A DNA stretch of 64,000 nt from Moorellales bacterium (GCA_049719955.1 JBNARC010000001.1:1887-65886); one strand, 5' to 3'; counted from the first letter of the stretch, positions 17,789 to 26,961 are shown. Notes: a model not told the origin generated them from the sequence alone. Made by a program: numbers and translations.

Positions 17789-17827
17789 CTCGAGTCGGCG
17801 GCCGATCCGGAACCAGGAGGGAAGGCC

Positions 17828-19735
17828 ATGCCGGAAGAAGTGGTGGTGGAAGCCGGTAGTTTGGAGGAGGCGCGATCCCGGGCGGCCGCCGCGCTGGGAT
17901 GTCCGGCCGAGGCGCTGGAACTGGAGGTTCTGAGTGAGGCCAGGGGCGGGCGCTGGTCACGGGCGCGGATAAGGGTGCGGGCCCGCCTGGCGGATGACCA
18001 ACTGGACGGACGCGTAGCAATAAAAGACGGAGTGGTGGTGGTGATCGACCCCCGACCGGGAGGCCGGCCGGCGGTGCTGGGGTGCGGGCCCCACCTAAGG
18101 ATGTGGGTTAACGAGGTTCCGGTAAGCGAGCCTCGGCCGGTTACAAGCAGCGATCAGGTACGGCTGGAAGCCGAGACCGTGGAAGCGCTGAGCACGGTAG
18201 AGGTCGAGGTAACGCCGGACAAGATGAGTTGCCTGCTTCGGGTTAGGCGCCAGCCCCGCGAGGTTTACGCCGTGGAGGACGCCGAGCCCGCCAACCACCT
18301 GATCGTAAAGGCCCGCCTAATAGAAAGTTCTCTCCCCCCTTTGAGCGAGGAAGAAGTACTGGCGAAAATCGCCGCCGCGGGCGTGGTGTGGGGTTTAGAT
18401 CGGGAGGCGGTACGGCAGGCCCTGGAGCGGGGGGACGGCGAACCGGTAGTGGTGGCCCGGGGGACTCCGCCGCAACCGCCGGTGGACGCCCGGGTGGAGT
18501 ACCTTTTCTTGGCCAAGCTGGAAGAGTTCGAGCACCGGGCTCCGGGCCTGCGACGGGTTTTCGCCGTGGAACCGGGGGAAATCCTGGCGGTGAAGAAACC
18601 GGGTATTCCCGGCTCGCCCGGCAAGGACGTGTTCGGTCGGGTGCTGGAACCCCCACCTCCCCGGGACGCGCCCCTGCGAGCGGGCAACGGAACCCGCCTG
18701 CGGGAGGACGGCCTGGCGGTGGTGGCTACGGCGGTGGGGCGACCGGAGCGGCGCGGTAGCCTGGTCACCGTGGTGCCGGTGTACGTAATCGCCGGTGACG
18801 CCGATCCCCGGGGCGGGCCCATCAAGTTCAAGGGGGACATAGTAGTAGGGGGCGACGTGCTGGACGGCACGGTGATAGAGGCCGGAGGTAACGTGCGGGT
18901 GAAGGGGCTGGTGGCCAATAGCCACCTCAGCGCGGGGGGGAGTATTACGGTAGAAGGGAACGTGGTGGGCTCTAAGCTCAAGGCCGGGGGCCTGGCTCTG
19001 GTGTGGGAGAAGTGGTGGACGTTTTGGCAGGAAACGGGGGATTCCGTCCGGGAGTTGCTAAGCGCCCTGGCGCAGCTTCGGGAGCAGTGGGAGCGCACCA
19101 GGGCTGAGGAAGGGCCCCGTATCGCCGACGGCGCGCTGATCAAGGTGCTTCTGGAAACGCGCTTTCGTCGCTTACCCCACCAACTAGAGGACTGCCGGGC
19201 GGCGGCCGAAGAGTTGGCGGAAGCGGTAGGGCTTGAGGCCGAGCATCCCTTCCGGGAGCACTTGACCTACCTGCACCGGTGCCTGGCCGCGCAGGGGTAC
19301 ATGACCTTGGGTAGCGCCCAAGAGCTGGCGCGGCGATTTGAGGCGGCTCAGGAAGAGGCCCGGGCGCTGGAGGAAATGGCGCAGGCGGCCAGCAGGAACG
19401 CCAACATCACCGCCTCTTACGTTCAGAATTCGGTCCTGGAGACTACAGGGCAGGTGCTGGTGAGCGGTAAGGGATGCTACAACTGCTCGGTCTACGCCGG
19501 CAGCGGTGTGGTCATCGGCGGGGTGCCCGGAGCTTTTAGGGGCGGGCAGATAATCAGCAAGGGAAACGTGCGCGTGCAGCAGTTGGGCAGCCCGGCCGAG
19601 GTGAGAACCTATGTCCAGGTGCCCAAGCACTGCCACATCCGGGCGACGGAGGCCTACCCGGGGGTAATGCTGAAGGCCGGCAGCCGGATCGAGAAGGTGA
19701 CCGCCCGCATGGCAGTCAATCTTTTGGGGGAATAG
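17828..19735 (+). CDS. FapA/DUF342 family protein (flagellar-assembly-protein-A-like, beta-helical repeats)
   Basis: It has C-terminal repeats of the type GDIVVGGDVLDGTVIEAGGNVRVKGLVANSHLSAGGSITVEGNVVGSKLKAGG and a second block GSGVVIGG...GNVRVQQLG. ATG 17828 is preceded by AGGAGGGA. The track start at 17765 would lie inside the riboswitch. Confidence 0.7.
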   Translation: MPEEVVVEAGSLEEARSRAAAALGCPAEALELEVLSEARGGRWSRARIRVRARLADDQLDGRVAIKDGVVVVIDPRPGGRPAVLGCGPHLRMWVNEVPVSEPRPVTSSDQVRLEAETVEALSTVEVEVTPDKMSCLLRVRRQPREVYAVEDAEPANHLIVKARLIESSLPPLSEEEVLAKIAAAGVVWGLDREAVRQALERGDGEPVVVARGTPPQPPVDARVEYLFLAKLEEFEHRAPGLRRVFAVEPGEILAVKKPGIPGSPGKDVFGRVLEPPPPRDAPLRAGNGTRLREDGLAVVATAVGRPERRGSLVTVVPVYVIAGDADPRGGPIKFKGDIVVGGDVLDGTVIEAGGNVRVKGLVANSHLSAGGSITVEGNVVGSKLKAGGLALVWEKWWTFWQETGDSVRELLSALAQLREQWERTRAEEGPRIADGALIKVLLETRFRRLPHQLEDCRAAAEELAEAVGLEAEHPFREHLTYLHRCLAAQGYMTLGSAQELARRFEAAQEEARALEEMAQAASRNANITASYVQNSVLETTGQVLVSGKGCYNCSVYAGSGVVIGGVPGAFRGGQIISKGNVRVQQLGSPAEVRTYVQVPKHCHIRATEAYPGVMLKAGSRIEKVTARMAVNLLGE

Positions 19736-19795
19736 GCAGGATTCTGTCGGTTGCCGGGGAAAGATTAGGTTGCTAGGCTGGGGAGGTGCGGAAAT

Positions 19796-20284
19796 TTGAT
19801 GGAGGCCAACCAGGTTAAGTCGGCGGCCGAGCGCCAGCTTGTGGCCTTTGAGCTGGCCGGAGAGACCTACGGCGTGGATATTAACTGGGTGCACGAGATA
19901 ATTCGCATGCAGACGGTAACCCGGCTGCCCCGGACCCCTGAGTTTATCGAGGGGGTTATCAACCTGCGGGGACGGATCATACCGGTAATCGATTTGCGCA
20001 AGCGCTTCCACCTGCCGCCGCGGGAGCAGACGCCGGACACCCGAATTATGGTAGTAGAGATGGCCGGGGTAACGGTGGGGATGATTGTGGATGCGGTATC
20101 CGAGGTGGTTCGGTTACCGGCGGACAGCATCGAGCCCCCTCCGCCGATGATGCACGGCATAGACACCGCCTATCTAGAGGGAGTGGGCAAGTGGCAGGAC
20201 CGGTTGATAATCCTACTCAATCTGGATCGGGTCCTGCGCCAGGGCGAGCAGGAGCAGCTTGCCGAGACGACTCAGGCCCTGTAG
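19796..20284 (+). CDS. cheW: Chemotaxis coupling protein CheW
   Basis: The segment LVAFELAGETYGVDINWVHEIIRMQTVTRLPRTPEFIEGVINLRGRIIPVIDLRKRF is CheW-like. Confidence 0.9.
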   Translation: MMEANQVKSAAERQLVAFELAGETYGVDINWVHEIIRMQTVTRLPRTPEFIEGVINLRGRIIPVIDLRKRFHLPPREQTPDTRIMVVEMAGVTVGMIVDAVSEVVRLPADSIEPPPPMMHGIDTAYLEGVGKWQDRLIILLNLDRVLRQGEQEQLAETTQAL

Positions 20285-20309
20285 GCGGCAGGAAACGGAG
20301 GTGGCGGCG

Positions 20310-22346
20310 TTGGCCGACATGAGCCAGTATCTAAGTCTGTTCTTGGAGGAAACGGAGGAGCAGTTACGGCTACTGGATCAGAACCTGGTGCTGTTAGAAC
20401 AGCACCCGGAGGACCTGGAGATCCTGAATAACATTTTTCGCGCCGCCCACACGGTCAAGGGAGCGGCGGCCTCCATGGGGTTTGAGCGCCTGGCCGGGCT
20501 CACCCACGCCATGGAAGAAGTGTTAGACAAGCTGCGGCAGGGGCAGTTGGTCGTTACCAGCCGGGTGGTGGATGTGCTTTTAGCCTGCCTGGACGCTCTC
20601 CGGGAACTGAAGGAGGAGGCGGCCGGTGGAGGGGAACGGCCGGTAGAAGTGGAGGCGCTGGTGCGCCGGCTTCGCTCCCTGGTGGGAGCGGCCGAGGCGG
20701 AGCCGGCGAGTAAAGCCCCCGCCAAGCCCGGGCCGGAACTGGTTCTCAACGAGGTGGAACGGCACCTGGTGGAAACCGCCTACCTTAAAGGCTTTCGTGT
20801 GTGGCACCTGGTGGTCACCCTGGAAGAGGGTTGTTTGATGAAGGCGGCCCGGGCTTACATCGTCTATAAGAACCTCGAGGAAATAGGAGAGATTATCAAG
20901 ACCGTACCCTCCACCGAGGACATTGAGGCGGAGAAGTTCGACCGCACCCTGCACTTCGTCTTGGTCACCCGGGAAGACGCCGACGTGGTGGCCAGCGTGG
21001 TAAAGTCCACTTCGGAAATAGCCGCGGTGGAAGTAGGGGCCGTTTCGGTGGAGGCGGCCGAGCCCGCTCCGGTTTCGGCCGGGCCGGCGCGGGCGGAAAA
21101 AGAGGCGGCAGCCCCCAGGCGGGCGGAGGAGGCGCGGGCCGGTCAGACCGTCCGGGTGGACGTGCAGCGGCTGGACAACCTTATGAACCTGGTAGGCGAG
21201 TTGGTTATCGACCGCACCCGTCTGGCCGAGGTGGAGGCTTCCCTACGGGGTGAGTTGGGCAACAGTTCCCTCATAGAGACCCTAGAGGAAATATCGGTAC
21301 ATATCGGGCGGGTCACGGGGGAACTGCAGGAAGAAATAATGAAAGCGCGCATGTTCCCGGTGGAGCAGGTATTCAGCCGCTTCCCCCGCATGGTAAGGGA
21401 TCTGGCCCAGAAGGCGGGCAAGGAGGTCAACTTCGTAATCGAGGGCCAGGAGACGGAGTTGGACCGAACCGTGATCGAAGAGATCGGGGACCCGCTCATT
21501 CACCTCCTGCGCAACGCCATTGACCATGGCATTGAGCTTCCGGAAGAGCGGGAGCGGTTGGGCAAGCCCCGGCGGGGCACGGTGGAGCTTAGGGCGTTCC
21601 ATCAAGAGAACCAGATCGTGATCACGGTACGCGACGACGGCCGGGGCATGGATGTAGAGACCATTCGGGAGCGGGCCGTGGCCCGGGGCCTGGTCAGCCC
21701 GGACCAAGCGGCGCGGATGAGCGAGCGCGAGATCCTAAACCTTATTTTCCTGCCCGGATTCTCTACGGCGGAGACGGTTACCGACGTGTCCGGACGGGGG
21801 GTGGGCATGGATATAGTGCGCAATCACCTGGAGCGCATAAACGGGACCATCGATATTACTACCCGTCCGGGCAAAGGGACCACCTTCACCATCAAGCTGC
21901 CCCTTACCCTGGCCATTAACCGCTCCCTGCTGGTGCGGGTGGGCGAGCTGATTTTGGCCTTCCCGCTGGCCAACGTGGTGGAGATTCTGGAGGTGCCGGC
22001 CGCGGAAGTGCAGCACGTGCACCGGCAGCCGGTGGTGGTGGTGAGGGGAGAGGTGTTGCCGCTTTTCTCTCTGGCGGCGGTACTGGGGCTGGATGCCGGA
22101 TCCGTTCTGGAGCGGCCGCAGTTGGCAGTGGTGGTAGTGGCCCTCTCCGAAAGGCGGCTCGGCTTTGTGGTGGACGAGTTGATAGGAGAGCAGGAGATCG
22201 TGATCAAATCCTTGGGCCGCTACGTGGGTAGCATTCCCGGTTTGGCCGGCGCCACCATTATGGGCGACGGTAGCGTGGCCCTGATTCTGGACGTGCGGGG
22301 TCTTTTGGTTCAAGCCGCGGCCGGTTCCGGGATGGTGGCGGTGTGA
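20310..22346 (+). CDS. cheA: Chemotaxis histidine kinase CheA
   Basis: The HPt domain has HTVKGAAASMGF, the HATPase domain has DDGRGMD and GRGVGMDIV, and there is a C-terminal CheW-like domain. The start is TTG 20310 (8 nt after GGAGG) or ATG 20319. Confidence 0.9.
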   Translation: MADMSQYLSLFLEETEEQLRLLDQNLVLLEQHPEDLEILNNIFRAAHTVKGAAASMGFERLAGLTHAMEEVLDKLRQGQLVVTSRVVDVLLACLDALRELKEEAAGGGERPVEVEALVRRLRSLVGAAEAEPASKAPAKPGPELVLNEVERHLVETAYLKGFRVWHLVVTLEEGCLMKAARAYIVYKNLEEIGEIIKTVPSTEDIEAEKFDRTLHFVLVTREDADVVASVVKSTSEIAAVEVGAVSVEAAEPAPVSAGPARAEKEAAAPRRAEEARAGQTVRVDVQRLDNLMNLVGELVIDRTRLAEVEASLRGELGNSSLIETLEEISVHIGRVTGELQEEIMKARMFPVEQVFSRFPRMVRDLAQKAGKEVNFVIEGQETELDRTVIEEIGDPLIHLLRNAIDHGIELPEERERLGKPRRGTVELRAFHQENQIVITVRDDGRGMDVETIRERAVARGLVSPDQAARMSEREILNLIFLPGFSTAETVTDVSGRGVGMDIVRNHLERINGTIDITTRPGKGTTFTIKLPLTLAINRSLLVRVGELILAFPLANVVEILEVPAAEVQHVHRQPVVVVRGEVLPLFSLAAVLGLDAGSVLERPQLAVVVVALSERRLGFVVDELIGEQEIVIKSLGRYVGSIPGLAGATIMGDGSVALILDVRGLLVQAAAGSGMVAV

Positions 22347-22930
22347 TCCGGGTGGTGGGGATTGCCGCCTCCACCGGCGGCCCCGCGGCCCTACAGAAGA
22401 TAATTCCCCGGCTGCCGGCGGGGTTTCCGGCAGCCGTTCTTGTAGTCCAGCACATGCCCGCGGGCTTCACCCGGTCGTTGGCGGAGCGGCTGGCCAGCTT
22501 GAGCGCTTTGCCGGTGCGGGAGGCTAGCGAGGGAGAGCGGGTGGCCGGCGGGGAGGTGCTGGTAGCCCCGGCTGCGCGGCAGATGTGGGTGGTGAGGGAA
22601 GAGGGCGGCGTAAAGGTACGGCTGGGAGAGGAAGGCCCGTTAAAGAGCATTTACCGGCCCTCGGCGGACGTGCTCTTTACCAGTCTGGCCGAGGTTTACG
22701 GGCCAGAGGTGCTGGCGGTGGTCCTGACCGGCATGGGTAAAGACGGCCTGGTGGGGCTGGCGCGGGTAAAAGAGAAAGGAGGCCAGGTTCTGGCGCAGGA
22801 TCGTTCCAGTTCGGTGGTCTACGGAATGTCCCGGGCGGCGGTGGACGCCGGCCTGGCGGACGCCGTGGTAGCCCTGGAAGAAATGGCCGCGGTCATAGTG
22901 TCCCGGGTGCTAAAGAATCTCCGCTTCTGA
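22343..22930 (+). CDS. cheB: CheB-type glutamate methylesterase, catalytic domain only (no receiver domain)
   Basis: The protein begins directly with VGIAASTGGPAAL, followed by VVQHMPAGFT and LTGMGKDGLVGL. At 195 aa it has no room for a REC domain. The start overlaps the cheA stop as GTGA. Confidence 0.8.
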   Translation: MIRVVGIAASTGGPAALQKIIPRLPAGFPAAVLVVQHMPAGFTRSLAERLASLSALPVREASEGERVAGGEVLVAPAARQMWVVREEGGVKVRLGEEGPLKSIYRPSADVLFTSLAEVYGPEVLAVVLTGMGKDGLVGLARVKEKGGQVLAQDRSSSVVYGMSRAAVDAGLADAVVALEEMAAVIVSRVLKNLRF

Positions 22931-22937
22931 CCGATAA
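22911..22937 (+). promoter_or_regulatory. Sigma-28 (FliA/SigD)-type promoter upstream of flgM
   Basis: The sequence TAAAGAAT-N11-ACCGATAA (equivalently TAAA-N15-aCCGATAA) matches the consensus TAAAGTTT-N11-GCCGATAA. It lies in the last codons of cheB, 26 nt upstream of the flgM start. Confidence 0.6.
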
Positions 22938-22962
22938 GGTATTTAGAAAGACTAGGCGGCAG

Positions 22963-23262
22963 GTGAGGGAAGTGAAGATTGAAGGCCAGGGGCCGGCGGG
23001 GCCCGGGCGGGTCTACCCGGTAGAGGAAGGGGGGCGTCCGGAGGCAAGGGGCCAGGTAACGAAGCCCGAGGCGGATCGGGTTCAGGTTTCGGCCGAGGCG
23101 CGGTTGCGCCAGGAGTTGTTTTCCCGTCTCAAAGCGCTTCCCGAGATCCGGACGGAACTGGTGGAGGCGCTGATCCGTCGACGGGCGAGTGGGAGCTACG
23201 GCGTTGATCCGGAGGCTCTGGCCGCGGCTATAGTGGAGGAGTTGGGCATCCAGCGGCGCTAG
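22963..23262 (+). CDS. flgM: Anti-sigma-28 factor FlgM
   Basis: It is a small protein with a C-terminal FlgM-like segment (RVQVSAEARL...EIRTELVEALIRRRASGSYGVDPEALAAAIVEEL). Its position before flgN-flgK fits. Confidence 0.7.
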   Translation: MREVKIEGQGPAGPGRVYPVEEGGRPEARGQVTKPEADRVQVSAEARLRQELFSRLKALPEIRTELVEALIRRRASGSYGVDPEALAAAIVEELGIQRR

Positions 23263-23289
23263 CCGCACAGCGGCGGGAGGTTGAAAACC

Positions 23290-23769
23290 ATGCAGGATTT
23301 GGTGGCGGGCCTGGTGGGGCTTTTGGAGGAGCAGGAAGCCCTCATCCGCCGCCTGATCGAACTGGGGCGAGAAGAGACCAGAGCCCTGAGAAGGGAAGAC
23401 CTGGTTCGCCTGAGCACGCTGGTGGCGGAGCAGGAGCGGTATAGCCAGGAATTGGGGCGGCTGGAGACCAAGAGGTGGGCCCTGCAGCAGGAGATAGGCC
23501 GCCGGGTGGGGCGGTCCGAGGTGAGTCTGCAAGAACTGGCTGAGCAGGCGGGTTTGACAGCCGGCGAGATGGAGCAGGTGGTTGTCCGGCTGCGGCGTAG
23601 CTCGGAGGAGCTCAAAGAGTTAAATCGGATCAACCGCACCTTGGTACAGCAGGCGTTGGCCTACATTAATGGGGTGTTAGGGGCGCTGGGCAGTTACGCC
23701 GCCCGCTATGACCAGGATGGGCAGTTCGTAGAACCGGGAGAGAGGTCGCGGGTTAACACCGTGGTGTGA
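23290..23769 (+). CDS. flgN: FlgN-like flagellar export chaperone
   Basis: It is helical and Gln/Glu/Leu-rich (LLEEQEALIRRLIELGREETRAL) and sits between flgM and flgK. ATG 23290 is 9 nt after GGGAGG. The track start is TTG 23281. Confidence 0.55.
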   Translation: MQDLVAGLVGLLEEQEALIRRLIELGREETRALRREDLVRLSTLVAEQERYSQELGRLETKRWALQQEIGRRVGRSEVSLQELAEQAGLTAGEMEQVVVRLRRSSEELKELNRINRTLVQQALAYINGVLGALGSYAARYDQDGQFVEPGERSRVNTVV

Positions 23770-23784
23770 AGGGGGCAGCAGGGT

Positions 23785-25284
23785 TTGTCGCTTTTCTTCG
23801 CCTTAAGTATCGCCCGTCGGGCGCTATCCGCCCAGCAGGCGGCCATGAACACCGCGGGCCACAACATCGCCAACGCCAATACCGAAGGCTATAGCCGCCA
23901 GCGGGCGGTGATGCAGACCACCGCTCCCTGGCCGGTACCCTCGGTAAGCATGCCCGCTGGCGCGGGTCAAATCGGCACCGGGGTGGAGGTGGCCCTTATT
24001 CAGCGGATCCGGGACACTTTCCTGGACCGACAGATCCGAAACGAGCTTGCTACCTTAGGGCTGTGGGAGCAGCGCCGGGATACCCTTCAGCAGGTAGAAG
24101 TGGTGTTTATGGAGCCGGGCGAAACCGGCCTATCTACGCTTCTGTCGCAATTCTGGGACGCCTGGCAGGAGTTAAGCAAGTACCCGGAGAGCATGCCGGT
24201 GCGCACCACGGTGATCGAGACCGCCCAGTCCTTGGCCGAGGCCCTGCGCCACACCCACCAGCAGCTTACCAACCTAAGGAGCGACCTGAACGACCTTATT
24301 GCTCTAAAGGTCGAAGAAATAAACACTTTGGCCCGCCAAATCGCCGACCTTAACCAGCAGATCTTCACCATCACGGTGGCGGGTATATCCCCCAACGACC
24401 TCTTGGACCGACGGGATTTGCTGTTGGATCAGTTGAGTAAGATCGTCGCTATCACCGTGGAGCCGGTGACCATTGACCGCGGAAGCCAAACCGTTGACAC
24501 CGGCGCGGTAAGGGTGAAGCTACGGGAGGCTCAGGTTAGTGGTACTCCCGTGGAGCTGGTCGGGTGGGACGAGGGGAGGAGTAGCGCCCGGGTGGAAGGG
24601 CTTGAGGCGCGGTCGGGCACGGACGGTTATGAGGTGTACTGGTTGGGGGATACCTCGGCGCCGGTGCCCCAGCAGGATTTGGGCGGCGAACTGACCGGCT
24701 TGTTCTACGCCCGCGACGACGTCCTGCTACACGAGTACCTGGACCAGCTTGACCGCTTTGCGCAAGCCCTGGCAGCCGGGGTTAATAATCAACACCAAGG
24801 GGGATTTGATTACAACGGAATCGAGGGAGGAGCCTTCTTCGTGGACGACGAGGGGGGCACCGTGACCTCCGGGGGGGCTATATATGTCAACCCGGCTTTA
24901 GTGGCCGACGTGAGCAAGGTTGCCGCGGCGGGATCGCGGGAATCGGACGGCAGCCCAATAGTGGGTGATGGCACTAACGCGCTGGCCATAGCCCAGTTGC
25001 GCCGCGAGCCAGTATCGGACCTTGATGGTTTTACCTTCGACGACTACTACAAAAACCTCATCGCCCGGCTGGGGGTGGCGTCTAACGAGGCCCAGCGCAT
25101 GGTGGAGAACCAGAACGTACTGGTGGAGCAGTTGAACCAGCGGAAGGAGTCCATCTCCGGGGTGTCCCTGGACGAGGAAATGGTCAACCTCATCCAGTAC
25201 CAGTACGCCTACCAGGCGGCCGCCCGGGTTATCACCGTGGTGGACGAGATGCTGGACACGCTCATCAACCGGATGCTCCGGTAA
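23785..25284 (+). CDS. flgK: Flagellar hook-associated protein 1 (FlgK)
   Basis: The N-terminus (ALSAQQAAMNTAGHNIANANTEGYSRQR) and C-terminus (EEMVNLIQYQYAYQAAARVITVVDEMLDTLIN) are both FlgK-like. Confidence 0.9.
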   Translation: MSLFFALSIARRALSAQQAAMNTAGHNIANANTEGYSRQRAVMQTTAPWPVPSVSMPAGAGQIGTGVEVALIQRIRDTFLDRQIRNELATLGLWEQRRDTLQQVEVVFMEPGETGLSTLLSQFWDAWQELSKYPESMPVRTTVIETAQSLAEALRHTHQQLTNLRSDLNDLIALKVEEINTLARQIADLNQQIFTITVAGISPNDLLDRRDLLLDQLSKIVAITVEPVTIDRGSQTVDTGAVRVKLREAQVSGTPVELVGWDEGRSSARVEGLEARSGTDGYEVYWLGDTSAPVPQQDLGGELTGLFYARDDVLLHEYLDQLDRFAQALAAGVNNQHQGGFDYNGIEGGAFFVDDEGGTVTSGGAIYVNPALVADVSKVAAAGSRESDGSPIVGDGTNALAIAQLRREPVSDLDGFTFDDYYKNLIARLGVASNEAQRMVENQNVLVEQLNQRKESISGVSLDEEMVNLIQYQYAYQAAARVITVVDEMLDTLINRMLR

Positions 25285-25299
25285 AAGGAGGGGGCAGAA

Positions 25300-26211
25300 G
25301 TGCGGGTCACCAACCGGATGCTGGTCACCACCGTGCAGCACAACCTGGAGAAGAACCTGAGCCGGCTTATGAAGTTGCAGGACCAAATGTCCTCGGGCAA
25401 GCTGGTGAGCCGCCCCTCGGATAACCCCATGGCCCTCTCCCGGATCATGAGCCTGCGGACGGGCCTGGCCGAGCAGGAGCAGCACACCCGCAACATGGAG
25501 GATGCCATAGGCTTTTTGGACGCTTCCGAGAGCGCCCTGGCCAAGTTCACCGACACCCTGCAGCGGGTCAGGGAGCTTACCATTTACGGCGCCAGCGGTA
25601 CCCTTTCGGATTCCGACCGCCAGGCCCTGGCGGCGGAAGTGGATCAGTTGATCGACGAATTGGTACAGACCGGGAACACCGCCTACGCCGGCCAGTTTCT
25701 GTTCGGAGGGCAGAAGACCACCACCAAGCCATTGGAACGGCAGGGTGATGCGGTGGTGTACCAGGGTAACCAATCGCCCCTGCTTTGGGAAGTATCGCCG
25801 GACGTGACCATGGAGATCGGCGTGGCCGGAAGCGAGGTCTTCGACGTATTCGACGCAGATGACGGGACCCAGCAGAGCAAGTTGTTTACTACAATATTCG
25901 AGATTAAGCAAGCCTTGGAGGATGGAGACACCCAAAAGCTGGGCGGCGCCCTTCTGGGCGAGGTCGATCAACACATAGACCACCTCCTCCAGGTGCGGGC
26001 CATCTACGGGGCCAAGAGCAACCGCTTAAGCCTAGCGGTCGATCGCAACTTTGACAGCAAGATCAAGATGACCGAGCTTCTGTCGCGTCTAGAGGACGTA
26101 GATCTAGCAAAAATCTCCATGGAGTACAGCATCTCCCAATACGTTTACCAGGCTTCCCTGGCCACCGGGGCCAAGGTGGTGCAGCCCAGCCTGGTAGACT
26201 ATCTGACCTGA
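25300..26211 (+). CDS. flgL: Flagellar hook-associated protein 3 (FlgL)
   Basis: The N-terminus MRVTNRM...NLSRLMKLQDQMSSGKLVSRPSDNP and the C-terminus YSISQYVYQASLATGAKVVQPSLVDYL fit FlgL. The 303-aa length and position after flgK agree. Confidence 0.85.
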   Translation: MRVTNRMLVTTVQHNLEKNLSRLMKLQDQMSSGKLVSRPSDNPMALSRIMSLRTGLAEQEQHTRNMEDAIGFLDASESALAKFTDTLQRVRELTIYGASGTLSDSDRQALAAEVDQLIDELVQTGNTAYAGQFLFGGQKTTTKPLERQGDAVVYQGNQSPLLWEVSPDVTMEIGVAGSEVFDVFDADDGTQQSKLFTTIFEIKQALEDGDTQKLGGALLGEVDQHIDHLLQVRAIYGAKSNRLSLAVDRNFDSKIKMTELLSRLEDVDLAKISMEYSISQYVYQASLATGAKVVQPSLVDYLT

Positions 26212-26229
26212 GAAAAGAGGGCGGCGGTC

Positions 26230-26700
26230 GTGCGGGTGGAAACCGAGCGTTTTGGTGCTCTGGAAATCGAGGAACAAGAGATCCTGCGCTTCCCCTTCGG
26301 TCTGCCCGGATTTGAGCACCTTAAGGAATTTTTTCTGTTGCCCGTGCCCAGGAATCCCGCCTTCGTGTGGCTTCAGGCCGTGACCGAGCCGGCAGTGGCC
26401 TTTCTTTTGGCCGACCCTTTTTTGTTCTTCCCGGACTACGCCGTAGATCTGGGTGAATCCGAGGTGGCGGCCCTTAAGGCCGGGGGACCGGAAGAGCTTT
26501 CGGTTTACGTGGTCGTAACCATCCCTCCGGAAGGAGTGCGGGAAATGACCGCCAACCTCCTGGCCCCGGTAGTCCTCAATCTTCGCTCCCGCCTGGGTCT
26601 CCAGGTCATCCTGGACGGCAGCGGCTATACCACCCGGCACCGGCTTTTCCGCGAAGCCGAAAGCTCGACCAAGTCCGGCCGCGCGGCGGCGGCCGATTAG
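26230..26700 (+). CDS. fliW: Flagellar assembly factor FliW
   Basis: FliW-like segments are present: ILRFPFGLPGF, FLLADPFLFFPDY and TANLLAPVVLN. Confidence 0.85.
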   Translation: MRVETERFGALEIEEQEILRFPFGLPGFEHLKEFFLLPVPRNPAFVWLQAVTEPAVAFLLADPFLFFPDYAVDLGESEVAALKAGGPEELSVYVVVTIPPEGVREMTANLLAPVVLNLRSRLGLQVILDGSGYTTRHRLFREAESSTKSGRAAAAD

Positions 26701-26721
26701 GGCCTAACGCTTTCCGGAGCC

Positions 26722-26961
26722 ATGCTGGTTCTTACGCGCAGGCGGGGCCAGAGCATCCTGATCGGCGACCAGATCCGAATCACCGTTGTGGGCCTGGGCG
26801 AAGACCAGGTGCGGGTGGGCATCGAGGCGCCAAAAGATATAAGTGTTTATCGCGAGGAGATCTACGAGGCGATCAAACGCGCCAACCTGGAGGCAGCGCG
26901 CTCCTCGCTCTCACCGGAAGGGAAGGAGCTACCTCTCCCGTCCCCGGCCGGAGAGGAGTAG
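26722..26961 (+). CDS. csrA: Carbon storage regulator CsrA
   Basis: The sequence MLVLTRRRGQSILIGDQIRITVVGLGEDQVRVGIEAPKDISVYREEIY is a canonical CsrA fold sequence. Confidence 0.9.
   Translation: MLVLTRRRGQSILIGDQIRITVVGLGEDQVRVGIEAPKDISVYREEIYEAIKRANLEAARSSLSPEGKELPLPSPAGEE

Noticed and set aside
24898-25983. A 361-aa antisense ORF opposite flgK and flgL. Similar cases are 8338-9297, 11120-11941, 12396-13181, 18265-19143, 31052-31996 and 49118-49966.
   Set aside because: The reasoning is the same. Composition is biased (His/Gln/Gly/Leu/Pro/Arg), there is no RBS context, and each fully overlaps a well-supported sense gene.
25300-26211. This ORF might be the missing flagellin.
   Set aside because: The N-terminus (MRVTNRM...SRPSDNP), the 303-aa length and the position directly after flgK match FlgL (HAP3), which belongs to the flagellin superfamily. 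It is not followed by flaG-fliD as a filament gene would be.
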